Positions 24,216 to 32,572 of a DNA stretch of 36,377 nucleotides are shown piece after piece. The notes below the pieces were generated by a model. The model made no database searches and was not told the origin of the DNA. It saw nothing but the letters and a program-made list of their open reading frames with translations. This DNA is from a virus. Taxonomy: Duplodnaviria > Caudoviricetes. The stretch spans positions 1 to 36,377 of IMG/VR virus record IMGVR_UViG_3300023267_000044. One strand, 5' to 3'. The translations under genes were made by a program, and so were the position numbers. Each line of letters starts with the position of its first letter. Within the stretch, counting starts at the first letter, position 1.

Positions 24216-24466
24216 GGTTCGGGCGCCTCCGGGTCCTTCACGATCTGCATGTGGGTCTCGAACTTCATGGCGTCCTTGCCGTGTCCGCACTGGACGGACC
24301 AGGTCAGCATCTGCCACCGGCCGTTGCCTGCGGGGTCGGGGATCGACGGCGGGATGGGCCAGGGGACCACGACGGTGTCGGGGCAGTGGACGAGATGGTT
24401 GTCCGGCTCGTAGCCCCGAAGCACGCCGAGCAGGGTGGCGTGCAACTGCTCATCGGGGCTGCTCAC
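24212..24466 (-). CDS. Hypothetical protein
   Basis: 4-nt overlaps at both ends. Confidence 0.65.
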   Translation of the reverse strand: MSSPDEQLHATLLGVLRGYEPDNHLVHCPDTVVVPWPIPPSIPDPAGNGRWQMLTWSVQCGHGKDAMKFETHMQIVKDPEAPEP

Positions 24467-24852
24467 CGTGGGCTCGTCGGGTTGCGGCGCCTGCTGAGTT
24501 CGTCGTCGGCCTTGGCTATCTGGAACTGGTGAGGGGTGGCCTTGTAGGCGGCGACCTGCTCGGCGTACCCGGGATGATGCTGGTAGGCGAGGCCCACCGC
24601 GTCGATGAAGTCGCCCATCTTGTAGTCCAGGAAGATCGCGACAAAGTCGGTCTCGTCAGCTTCGGGCGTGAGCTTGATCTCGGGCACGGCGGATTGCTCG
24701 ATGAGGTCCAGGAGCTTCGTGTGCGCCTCGCACTGGGCCAGGACGGCGTCGAACTCGGCGGTGTCGTCGCTGTGGCTGGCTTCGGCTTCAGCACGGAGGG
24801 CCGCGATCTGGGCGCGGAGCCAGGCCAGGAAGGGGTGCAGTCCAGACGTCAC
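24463..24852 (-). CDS. DUF6221-like protein
   Basis: FLAWLRAQI..VLAQCEAH..LAYQHHPGY pattern. Confidence 0.7.
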   Translation of the reverse strand: MTSGLHPFLAWLRAQIAALRAEAEASHSDDTAEFDAVLAQCEAHTKLLDLIEQSAVPEIKLTPEADETDFVAIFLDYKMGDFIDAVGLAYQHHPGYAEQVAAYKATPHQFQIAKADDELSRRRNPTSPR

Positions 24853-25523
24853 GATGCCTCCGAGGTGCCGAGAGCCAGCCGGACGAGCTGGAACCCACTG
24901 TACGACTCGTCGCAGGCCAGGCAGCGTGCTCCGCCGCCAGTCTGGTATCGCACCTCGACGATCGGGCCGTTACACAGCACGGGGACGGTCGTGCGTCCCA
25001 CAGTGACGCTCCCGATGGGACGGATGCACGCGGCTTGCGGGATCGGCGGGCCGTCGCCGTTCGCGCGCAGGAGCTGGCCGAGGAGCCGGTACAGCTCGTC
25101 GGCGTAGTCGACCACCCAGTCCTGATCGGTGATCCACCGGTGGTTGACGAGCAGCGCGGACACGGCGTCGCGGACGGTGCCGACGGTCCACCCGGCGAGC
25201 TGCGCCCACTCGCCGAGCACGGCCACGGACAGGGGCGGCTCGAGGTCGTCGTCCGGGCCCGTGAGCGTGCGCTGTGGGCCCGTGATCTTGCTGCGGGGGT
25301 CGAGCATTACGAGGACGTGATCGGCGGCAGGAGAGGCGCTCTCGAAGCCGGAGGCGGTGGCGACCATGCCGGGGCGCACGCCCTTGACGGGGGTCAACGC
25401 AGCCACGTTCTCCTCGACCGTGCGCAGGGTCGACACGAGGTGGCCGATGCAGGTCTCGCAGAGGCGCGAGTCGGACGCGGCGTCTTGGCCGGACCGGCAG
25501 CGGGGGAGCAGACAAGGGGACAC
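24849..25523 (-). CDS. Zinc-finger protein, putative late regulator component
   Basis: C..C..CxxC at the N-terminus and C..C..CxxC at the C-terminus; AGGAGG RBS. Confidence 0.7.
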   Translation of the reverse strand: MSPCLLPRCRSGQDAASDSRLCETCIGHLVSTLRTVEENVAALTPVKGVRPGMVATASGFESASPAADHVLVMLDPRSKITGPQRTLTGPDDDLEPPLSVAVLGEWAQLAGWTVGTVRDAVSALLVNHRWITDQDWVVDYADELYRLLGQLLRANGDGPPIPQAACIRPIGSVTVGRTTVPVLCNGPIVEVRYQTGGGARCLACDESYSGFQLVRLALGTSEAS

Positions 25524-25560
25524 GGGGGGCTCCTCCTGAGGTGCGGTGGTGGGTTGGTCG

Positions 25561-25601
25561 GCGGCCGGGCCCGCTCGGCATCGAGGAGCGGGCCCGGCCG
25601 C
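25561..25601. terminator. Strong hairpin (terminator or RNA stabiliser)
   Basis: 16-bp perfect stem GCGGCCGGGCCCGCTC/GAGCGGGCCCGGCCGC. Confidence 0.65.
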
Positions 25602-25604
25602 GGT

Positions 25605-26444
25605 CTAGCTGGGTGCGGCGGCCTTCAGCGCGCAGGCGGCCTGGGCCACGGTGGCGAGGGCGACGCGGACGGATGACTCGATCAAGCTGGTGACCGACCA
25701 CGCCGGGTTGGGCGTGGAGACGGCGGCGACGACGGCAGGCAGGGACGCGACGGCGGCGACGGCCTCCCACACGAAACCGGGCACCGGGTGCTCGTCGGAC
25801 TGCGAGGACGGCACGCGCCGCGCGCTGATCCGGTCGGCGGTGTGTGCGTCTTCCCAGTCGGCGACCTCGGGTGCCGTGCCGCTGACCTGGTCGCCATGTG
25901 TCCGGCAGGTGACGGTGACGCCGTCGGGGTCCCTGCGGTCGTACTCGAACCGGCAGGTCGACTCCGCGGTGATGCTGCCGAGCGCGGTCCGGCACTGCTC
26001 GTCGTGCTGGCGGATCAGCCGGAGCGCCATCTCGATCGGGCCTTCGCCCGGCACGATGTCAGCGGCGTGGTGCTGGCCGAGGTACTCGTAGAGGGGGGTG
26101 ATCTTCTCGTCGAGAGCCCGGAGGCGGGTCTCGGTGGTGACGTCGTGCACGGGGGTGCTCCTCGGCTCGGGGTCGGTGTCTTCAGTGGCCGATGAAATCC
26201 TGATTTCTGGGGTCTGAACTGCGGTGACGTCGGCACCGGTAACGGTGTTTTCGACGGTTTTCAGTCCGACCGGGGGCTGATCGACGCCGGGACAGCGGCC
26301 GATCCGGTAGCCCTGCGCGGTCCGGCGCTGGTGCTGGCCGAGCGTGCGGCTTGCCCGGAGCGCGAACTCGTTGCCGCACACCGAGCAGGTGCCGCGGGGG
26401 AGCGGGCCGGGCGCGCGGCCACGGCGCCGGCGGGCCTCACCCAC
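25605..26444 (-). CDS. Hypothetical protein with N-terminal Zn-finger (CSVC..H..C) and probable internal start at 26150
   Basis: GTG 26444 overlaps the upstream stop region; GAGGAG RBS before in-frame GTG 26150. Confidence 0.55.
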   Translation of the reverse strand: MGEARRRRGRAPGPLPRGTCSVCGNEFALRASRTLGQHQRRTAQGYRIGRCPGVDQPPVGLKTVENTVTGADVTAVQTPEIRISSATEDTDPEPRSTPVHDVTTETRLRALDEKITPLYEYLGQHHAADIVPGEGPIEMALRLIRQHDEQCRTALGSITAESTCRFEYDRRDPDGVTVTCRTHGDQVSGTAPEVADWEDAHTADRISARRVPSSQSDEHPVPGFVWEAVAAVASLPAVVAAVSTPNPAWSVTSLIESSVRVALATVAQAACALKAAAPS

Positions 26445-26598
26445 GGCGGTGCCCGCCGGGTCGGCGCGGGTGCCGCTCGCGGCGAAGGCCGAGTCCGGCC
26501 ATGACGGCGACCGCCAAGAGCGCGGTCGCGAGGACGGCCGCGGTGATCCACGACGTGAGGTCGAGCGCGTCGACAACGGGCGTAGCGGGTGGGGTCAT
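26437..26598 (-). CDS. Small single-TM protein
   Basis: ATGA overlap; hydrophobic core followed by a basic tail. Confidence 0.6.
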   Translation of the reverse strand: MTPPATPVVDALDLTSWITAAVLATALLAVAVMAGLGLRRERHPRRPGGHRRG

Positions 26599-26930
26599 CG
26601 CGCCACGCGCCGGGCGTGTGAGCGCCGGACCGGGCAAGTGTTGCGGTGCTGGCGCAGCCACAAGGCGCGGGCGCGCGGGTCGTCGGGCGGCTGATCGGCG
26701 AGGCCTGCGGCGCGGTGCGCGCCCGTCCACGCGCGGGTGTCGGCGACCATGTCGGCGGTGATGAGGGCCCAGGCCTCGCCAAGCGCGCGGGCGGCGGTGC
26801 TGATCTGGGCAACTGCGACCCGGAACGGCTCGGCGCGGTCCTGGGCGGTGACGCTGACCGTGCCGTCCGGCCCGATCACGGGGGGCATGTCGGCGAGCTC
26901 GTCGACGTAGGCGCCGTGGATGTGGGTCAT
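26595..26930 (-). CDS. Hypothetical protein
   Basis: ATGA-coupled start MTHIHGAYVDEL. Confidence 0.6.
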   Translation of the reverse strand: MTHIHGAYVDELADMPPVIGPDGTVSVTAQDRAEPFRVAVAQISTAARALGEAWALITADMVADTRAWTGAHRAAGLADQPPDDPRARALWLRQHRNTCPVRRSHARRVAR

Positions 26931-27055
26931 CGCTCGTCGGTCCCTTCGTGCTGGCGCTGCTCGGAGGTGGTCAGCGGGTCGTCTCCGGATGAAGGCACCC
27001 CGTGGTCGGGGCAGGCGGTGTTGATCCAGCCGCCGCGGCATAGGCAGTTGCTCAC
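26927..27055 (-). CDS. Tiny Cys-rich protein (CxC..CPxHG)
   Basis: GTGA/ATGA overlaps fill the gap exactly; 42 aa. Confidence 0.5.
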   Translation of the reverse strand: MSNCLCRGGWINTACPDHGVPSSGDDPLTTSEQRQHEGTDER

Positions 27056-27435
27056 GCTGGTGTCTCTCGGCGTCGGGCGTCGTGGGCCGCGAGGTTGGCG
27101 CGCGACCGCTGGACGAGTTCGGTGGACTTGCGGACGAGGTAGGCGCCCGCGAGGAGTTCGCCGTCCCGCTGGGGCTGGCACGGCTCGGCGGTGCCGCACG
27201 CGGGGCAGTTGCCGTCCCACGGCGGGTGGGCCTCGACGATGTAGCCGAGGAGGGCGGCGTCGTCGAGGTCGGCCGGGGTAACGGCGTCGCGGTGGGCGAG
27301 CACTGCGGCGCCGACCAAGCGCAGGCCGGGGTAGTCCTGGATGGGGGTGACGCACCCAGGGCTGCCGATGTCGACGGTGTGGCCGAGCCACTCCCACAGG
27401 CGGCCGTCGGGGTCGAGGCGGACGGGGCCGGTCAT
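27052..27435 (-). CDS. Hypothetical protein with H..CPAC..PC motif
   Basis: ATGA overlap with the helicase stop. Confidence 0.65.
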   Translation of the reverse strand: MTGPVRLDPDGRLWEWLGHTVDIGSPGCVTPIQDYPGLRLVGAAVLAHRDAVTPADLDDAALLGYIVEAHPPWDGNCPACGTAEPCQPQRDGELLAGAYLVRKSTELVQRSRANLAAHDARRRETPA

Positions 27436-28772
27436 CGGCGCGGGTTGGAGATCGTGGCGTAGGAGCCGAGCCAGCGCAGGGACACCGTGGTCGTCTGGCC
27501 GTGCCGGTTCTTCGCGATGATGAACTCGATGTCCCCGGTGCGCATCTGCTGGCCGGGCCTGTGGGGGTCGTCCTCAAGCGGGTGGTGCAGGAGCACGACC
27601 ATGTCGGCGTCCTGCTCCAGTTGGCCGGACTCGCGCAGGTCGGTGATGACCGGGCGGGCGTCGGCGCGCGCGGCGGGGCCGCGGTTGAGCTGGACCGGGG
27701 CGACGACCGCGATGTCCAGCTCCCGCGCGAGGGCCTTCAGCTCGCGGGAGATGTGGGCCACCTCCTCCTGCCGGTTCCCGAACTGGTTGCCGGACCTGAC
27801 GATCTGGAGGTAGTCGACGACGAGCACCGCGAGGCCGTGCTTGCGCTTGAGGGCGCGGGCGGTGGCCTTGATGCGGGGCAGGGCGGTCGGCCTGGACTCG
27901 ATCCACAGCGGGTAGCCGGTCGCGGTGGAGGCGAAGCGGTCGACCTCTCGGCGGGTGAACTGCGACATGCCGTAGCTGACGAGCTCGCGGAGGTCGACGG
28001 CGGCCCCGCGGGCGACGATGCGGGCGACGACCTCGTGATCGGACATCTCTGCGGAGATGAACAGGGATGGGATGCGCTCCGGCCCGAAGTGCCCGGCGAG
28101 GTTGAACGTCACGGTTGACTTGCCGTCGCCGGGGCGCCCGCCGATCAGGTAGAAGCGGCCGCCTTGGAGGCCTCCGCCGGTGGCCTCGTTGAAGTTGTCC
28201 CAGGGGGTTGGGTAGATCGGCGGGTGCTCGGCGCCCTCGGCGTTGATCTGCTGCCACTCGGCGAACGCCGTGTCCCAGGACTTCGGCATCTCGTCGGTGG
28301 GGGCGGTGGCCTCGTCGAGCCCGGCGAAGTCGGCGTGTACGCGGGAGACGACCTCGCTGAGTTCCGCGCCGCTGCCGACGCGCTGGGCGTTGCGCTGGAC
28401 GTCGAGGCCGAACTTGAGGATGCGGCGTGCCGCGGCGAACTCAGCGACGATCCGGGCGTGGTGCTCGGGGGAGGCGTAGCCGCCGGCGCCCGCCAGGAGG
28501 TCGCCGTTGAGGACGACGGCCGCGTGCCCGCGGAAGGTGCCGGCGGCGTGCATGTGCCGGGCGAGGTTGACGGGCTCGATGGTTTCGCCGGCGGTGCGCA
28601 GCGCGCGGGCGGCGTCCCACACGTCGCCGTAGGCGGGGCTGTAGAAGTCGCTGCCGGGGAGCTGGTCGAGCACGTTGGCGAGCCGGTAGGCGGCGCTGCC
28701 GAGGTGGGCGATCAGGGTCCGCTCGGAGTCGCGGGGGTTGAGCGGGTCGGTGGTGTTCTGGGGGTCGGTCAT
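27432..28772 (-). CDS. dnaB: DnaB-like replicative helicase
   Basis: GGRPGDGKS, VVDYLQ, QLNR, DLRESGQLEQDAD, IIAKNRHG. Confidence 0.96.
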   Translation of the reverse strand: MTDPQNTTDPLNPRDSERTLIAHLGSAAYRLANVLDQLPGSDFYSPAYGDVWDAARALRTAGETIEPVNLARHMHAAGTFRGHAAVVLNGDLLAGAGGYASPEHHARIVAEFAAARRILKFGLDVQRNAQRVGSGAELSEVVSRVHADFAGLDEATAPTDEMPKSWDTAFAEWQQINAEGAEHPPIYPTPWDNFNEATGGGLQGGRFYLIGGRPGDGKSTVTFNLAGHFGPERIPSLFISAEMSDHEVVARIVARGAAVDLRELVSYGMSQFTRREVDRFASTATGYPLWIESRPTALPRIKATARALKRKHGLAVLVVDYLQIVRSGNQFGNRQEEVAHISRELKALARELDIAVVAPVQLNRGPAARADARPVITDLRESGQLEQDADMVVLLHHPLEDDPHRPGQQMRTGDIEFIIAKNRHGQTTTVSLRWLGSYATISNPRR

Positions 28773-29956
28773 GAGGCGGCCTGCTTCGTGAGGATGGCGT
28801 CCAGTTCGTCGGCGTGCTGGTCGATGAAGGCGACGCGCGCGGCGCGGACGAACTGGCCGTGAGGGGTGGGGTCGTTGGGGTGCTGACCGGGGTCGAGGTA
28901 GTGCGTGCGGAGCAGCCGGGCGGCCTCGGCGGCGTCGGCGGTCGCGCGGAGGTGATCCACAGTGGGCCGTTGCGGGGCCTCAGCGGGCCCGTAGTCCTCC
29001 CAGCCGTCCTTGTTGAGCCAGGTCGCCCCCATCGGGATGTGCTTGGCCTCTCGGCCCTCCTGGCGCATCTGCGCGGCGAACATCGGCGTAGCCCTGAGGA
29101 GCTGCTCGGCGGAGACCGGCCGCCGCTTCTTGTTGTCGCGGACGGCCTTGCCGAGCCGGGCCTTCTCGTAGGCAATGAGCGCGGGCTTCCGGTCGGCCTT
29201 GCGGGGGTAGAGGGCCCACCACGCGTTGAAGTCGTCGGTGAAGTCGGGCGCGGGGGCCTTCGTGGGCTTGCTCGGCGCGGCGCCGAAGAGGGCTCCGTTC
29301 GAGGCGTCCGGATCGGTCTCAGCCGCGACAGCGGCGGGCGGGCGCTCCGCGCACGCGTCTTTATGGAGGTAATTCTTTATGGAGGTAACTGGAGGTACAG
29401 GCCTCTGACCTGCGGGTGTGACGCTTCCTGATGCGTCACCAGCGTCACAGTCCTGCGTCACCGACCCCCCTGTGACGGTGGTCTTCTGCGTCACGCTTCC
29501 CGTTGTGACGCTTGACTTCTGCGTCACCGTGACGGAGGAGTCAGGCGTCACGGTGACGCCGTTGTCCTGCGTCACGCGCTTCGCCTCGCGCCACTCGCGT
29601 GTGCGCTTGGCGGTCGCCGCTCGGCGCTTTGCCGCCCGCGTGTCGGCGATGGTGTCGGGCTCGTGCTTGCGGTCCACGGGCAGGACCCATCCGGCCGCGC
29701 CGTGCTCGGCGACCGCGGGGATGATGTAGCCGCGCTTCTCCAGCCTGCCGAGCACCTCGTGCAGCTCCGCCAAGCCGACGTGCCCGTACTGGACGAGCGC
29801 GTCGAGCGACATGTACGCGTTCTTGCCGTCGTTGTCGGCCCACGTGGCGATCAGCAGCACGACGTGGTGAGCGACCCTGTCAAGGCGTCCACCGTGGAGC
29901 ATCGTCGGAATCTCGCGTGCCCACCGGATCGCGTTTCGGTGCGACCGGGTCGCCAT
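28769..29956 (-). CDS. Replication initiator (lambda O/DnaD-like organisation)
   Basis: N-terminal wHTH-like region, internal repeat tract, FNAWWALYPRK and HIPMGATWLN..W motifs; coupled to the helicase gene. Confidence 0.85.
   Translation of the reverse strand: MATRSHRNAIRWAREIPTMLHGGRLDRVAHHVVLLIATWADNDGKNAYMSLDALVQYGHVGLAELHEVLGRLEKRGYIIPAVAEHGAAGWVLPVDRKHEPDTIADTRAAKRRAATAKRTREWREAKRVTQDNGVTVTPDSSVTVTQKSSVTTGSVTQKTTVTGGSVTQDCDAGDASGSVTPAGQRPVPPVTSIKNYLHKDACAERPPAAVAAETDPDASNGALFGAAPSKPTKAPAPDFTDDFNAWWALYPRKADRKPALIAYEKARLGKAVRDNKKRRPVSAEQLLRATPMFAAQMRQEGREAKHIPMGATWLNKDGWEDYGPAEAPQRPTVDHLRATADAAEAARLLRTHYLDPGQHPNDPTPHGQFVRAARVAFIDQHADELDAILTKQAAS
29358..29575. repeat. Phage replication origin: palindromic iterons plus AT-richer direct repeats
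   Basis: Four GTGACG-N11-CGTCAC and one N10 copy; TCTTTATGGAGGTAA twice (29358, 29374). Confidence 0.8.
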
Positions 29957-29992
29957 CGCTGTGCCCCTTTCCTTGCTGTGTCTGGATAAGGC

Positions 29993-30020
29993 CCGGACGG
30001 CGACCGTGGCCGCCGTCCGG
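29993..30020 (-). terminator. Hairpin/terminator upstream of the replication genes
   Basis: CCGGACGGCG/CGCCGTCCGG stem. Confidence 0.55.
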
Positions 30021-30038
30021 GGTGCACTCGGCGAGGGA

Positions 30039-30749
30039 CTACTGGGCGGAGGTTCCGCGCTCGTACTCGAGGTCGGCGAGGTGCTGCTGGGCGAGGTACT
30101 CGGCGACCGAGTCGCGCAGCCACGCCAGTCCGGGGCCGGAGCCGACGAGCGTGACGTCCGATCTCCAGTACGCGGCTCGGCGCACGGCCTCCGTCTTCAC
30201 GAGGGAGAGGTGCTGCGGCAGGTGCCCGACCACGATCCGGATCGGGCCGCCTTCACCCGGCGCGGTCAGCGCGTCCGCGCTGACGAGGTCGTCCACGTGC
30301 ACCTCGAGCTGGGCGCGCACAGTGTGAGGACGCGGTTCGGCGGCGGGGAGGACCGGCGCCGGGGGCTCGTCGCGACCGGCGCTGATCTCGGCCTCGACCG
30401 CGACCAGCTCGGCGAACAGCGACCGGTACTCGTCCGCGTGGGCGACCGGGGACAGCGCGTGCAACTGCTGCTTCAGCGCGGATGCCCGGCCCCGGAGCGA
30501 CGTGGGCGCGGGCAGCGCGCCGAACGGGTCGCGACCCTCGTGGGCGTTCACGAGACCCGCGATGGCCCTGATCGTGCGGGCGGAGGCGTCGAGGTGCTCG
30601 GCGGCCGGTCGGGGCATCCTGTGGCCGTGCTTGCGCAGCGCGGCGACGACGTCGGCGACCAAGGGCACCGAGACGCCGCTGTCGGCGATCAGGTCCACGG
30701 TGTGTTCGTCGAGCGCGGGGAACGCCTTGCGGATGTCATCGCGGGACAT
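30039..30749 (-). CDS. Hypothetical protein
   Basis: TGATG coupling; GC3-rich codons. Confidence 0.7.
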   Translation of the reverse strand: MSRDDIRKAFPALDEHTVDLIADSGVSVPLVADVVAALRKHGHRMPRPAAEHLDASARTIRAIAGLVNAHEGRDPFGALPAPTSLRGRASALKQQLHALSPVAHADEYRSLFAELVAVEAEISAGRDEPPAPVLPAAEPRPHTVRAQLEVHVDDLVSADALTAPGEGGPIRIVVGHLPQHLSLVKTEAVRRAAYWRSDVTLVGSGPGLAWLRDSVAEYLAQQHLADLEYERGTSAQ

Positions 30750-31321
30750 CAGGAACCGCCCTTCACCACGGACAGCGTTGGGGCGGCGGGCGCGAGGAAC
30801 AGCGGCGCGACGGGTTCAGGGAAGCCTGCGGGGTCGTAGTCGAGCCCCATGTGCTCGACGATCGCGGCGTAGTTCGCCACGTCGAACGTCGGTTCGGAGT
30901 GGAGCCGGTCGAGGCGGTGCAGCGTGTGCCACGCCATCCACTCGACACCGTTCACGCCCGTGTTGACGAGCGCACCGTGGGTGTAGCAAGCGAGGATCTC
31001 GCAGGGGTGGAACGTGGTTTTGATCGCGTGCGGGGTCAGGGCGCGCTGTTCGTCCTCGATGGAGAAGGCCGGTCCGTAGCGAAGCGAGCGCTCGACGTAG
31101 CGGGCCTGGTCGCCCGGCTTGAACCCCTGATGGTTGCGGCCGAACCACAGGTGGAAGTACACGTAGCCGAACCCTTGCGCCTCACGCACGCGGGTCATCA
31201 GGTCGCGGGCGTCCTGCTGCCCCCAGATGTTGCCCCCGTTGAGGGCCATGTGCTGGTAGGTCGCGAGGGCCTGCATCAGGTCTTCGATATCGGCACGGGG
31301 CACGGTGATTTCGTCGGTCAT
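30749..31321 (-). CDS. Hypothetical protein (MTDEITVPRAD...)
   Basis: ATG 31321 in an ATGA overlap; globular, aromatic-rich. Confidence 0.7.
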   Translation of the reverse strand: MTDEITVPRADIEDLMQALATYQHMALNGGNIWGQQDARDLMTRVREAQGFGYVYFHLWFGRNHQGFKPGDQARYVERSLRYGPAFSIEDEQRALTPHAIKTTFHPCEILACYTHGALVNTGVNGVEWMAWHTLHRLDRLHSEPTFDVANYAAIVEHMGLDYDPAGFPEPVAPLFLAPAAPTLSVVKGGS

Positions 31322-31476
31322 CGACGGCCGCCCTTCTTGGCGAGGCGCGCGGCCACCGTGAAGAAGACGGCGGGCACGGCGAGGATGGCGAGTGCGGTCG
31401 AGGGGCACGTCCGGCCGCCGGGGTGGCGGAACGGGCGCTGCGCGGGGTTGGGCCCGCCGTAGCTGTCGTCACCCAC
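31318..31476 (-). CDS. Small single-TM protein (MGDDSYGG...KKGGRR), not in the ORF track
   Basis: Translated by hand; 52 aa, fills the gap with overlaps at both ends. Confidence 0.55.
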   Translation of the reverse strand: MGDDSYGGPNPAQRPFRHPGGRTCPSTALAILAVPAVFFTVAARLAKKGGRR

Positions 31477-31855
31477 GGGTCGGCCCCCCGTTCTGGGAGA
31501 TCAAGATCAGTTCGAGCGCGGACGCGGCGGCCACCAGGTCGGCGGCCAGCGCTCGCGCGGCGGGCGCGGTGAACTCGGCGACCTCGTCGCCGGGGCGCAC
31601 CACCACGGCGGGCGGCTCGGCGGAGTAGCCGTGCGTGGTGATCGACTCGAGTGAGTCGATGACGATCTCCAGACCGGACCGCGTCTCGGCCACGAGCGTG
31701 GTGTGCGTGCGGTAGAACTCGTTCGGTGCCAGGGCGTGCGCCTCGTACGGGTGGGGGCCCGTGGTGCACCACGTCGGGCACGGGGCTTCGATGGTGATCG
31801 CGGGCAGGCCGAGCCGGGCCACGACCGCGGCGAGGTTGGACAGGTCGGTGCTCAT
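31469..31855 (-). CDS. DUF6907-like protein
   Basis: CPTWC..H..H at the N-terminus and T...ARALAADLVAAA at the C-terminus. Confidence 0.7.
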   Translation of the reverse strand: MSTDLSNLAAVVARLGLPAITIEAPCPTWCTTGPHPYEAHALAPNEFYRTHTTLVAETRSGLEIVIDSLESITTHGYSAEPPAVVVRPGDEVAEFTAPAARALAADLVAAASALELILISQNGGPTRG

Positions 31856-32019
31856 GCGGTGCCCCTCTCCACGACCGGGGCGGCGTCCTTGTCGTCGCCC
31901 GGCCAGATCGGCGCGGGCTGCGAGGCGTCGCCGCGGTGACCGCCGCTCTCGGTCGCCTGGCGGCGTCCGTTGAAGGCGTCGGAGATCAGCGCGGCGCGGG
32001 CGGCGCGAGACTCGGACAT
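31852..32019 (-). CDS. Small hypothetical protein (MSESRAARAAL...), not in the ORF track
   Basis: TGATG and ATGA coupling; 55 aa. Confidence 0.55.
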   Translation of the reverse strand: MSESRAARAALISDAFNGRRQATESGGHRGDASQPAPIWPGDDKDAAPVVERGTA

Positions 32020-32195
32020 CAGCCCTCACCGCCGCACTCGACCTGGGAGGCCTGGACGCCGCACGGTGCCGGGGCGATGCCCTGGGGCAGCGACAGCAGC
32101 ACGACCACGGTGACGATGAAGCTCGAGGCGAGCAGGGCGAGCAGCCACAGACGGTTCGCGGCCTTGTGGTTCGGGTTGGGCAGCTTCCGGCTCAC
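32019..32195 (-). CDS. Small single-TM protein
   Basis: GTGA overlap; LWLLALLASSFIVTVVVLL. Confidence 0.6.
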   Translation of the reverse strand: MSRKLPNPNHKAANRLWLLALLASSFIVTVVVLLSLPQGIAPAPCGVQASQVECGGEG

Positions 32196-32572
32196 GCGGC
32201 ACCGCCCGCGGCGATCCATGCGGCGTGCACGGCGGCGTCGGCGTCGGCGTGCTCGGCGGCCAGCGCGGCGGCGCGGGTCAGCAGCGCGCCGAGGTCGGCG
32301 GCCTGCTCCGGGTCGAAGCAGAGGTTGTCCTCGCCTGCCCGCTCGTGGCCGATGGTCACGTAGGACGAGGGGCCTTCGTCGATGTGGACGCCGCGCACGA
32401 GGCCGACGGACGTCGCGCGGGTGTCGCGGGTGTCGCCGAGTTGGCCGGTCCAGCCGATCGGGGTGTAGGCGCTGCACTCGCCGTGACCCGCGTCGGGGTC
32501 GATCACCTGGTAGGCGATGTGTGCGCGGTTGCATCCGACGATGCAGGGCAGCGTGTTCGTGGTGGTGTTCAT
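32192..32572 (-). CDS. DUF6907-like protein
   Basis: PCIVGC..H..EC at the N-terminus; PEQAADLGALLTRAA at the C-terminus. Confidence 0.65.
   Translation of the reverse strand: MNTTTNTLPCIVGCNRAHIAYQVIDPDAGHGECSAYTPIGWTGQLGDTRDTRATSVGLVRGVHIDEGPSSYVTIGHERAGEDNLCFDPEQAADLGALLTRAAALAAEHADADAAVHAAWIAAGGAA

Noticed and set aside
29410-29575. Repeat tract as a CRISPR array or DGR repeat
   Set aside because: Short palindromic units within a CDS, no unique spacers of CRISPR length, and no cas or reverse transcriptase gene; better explained as iterons.
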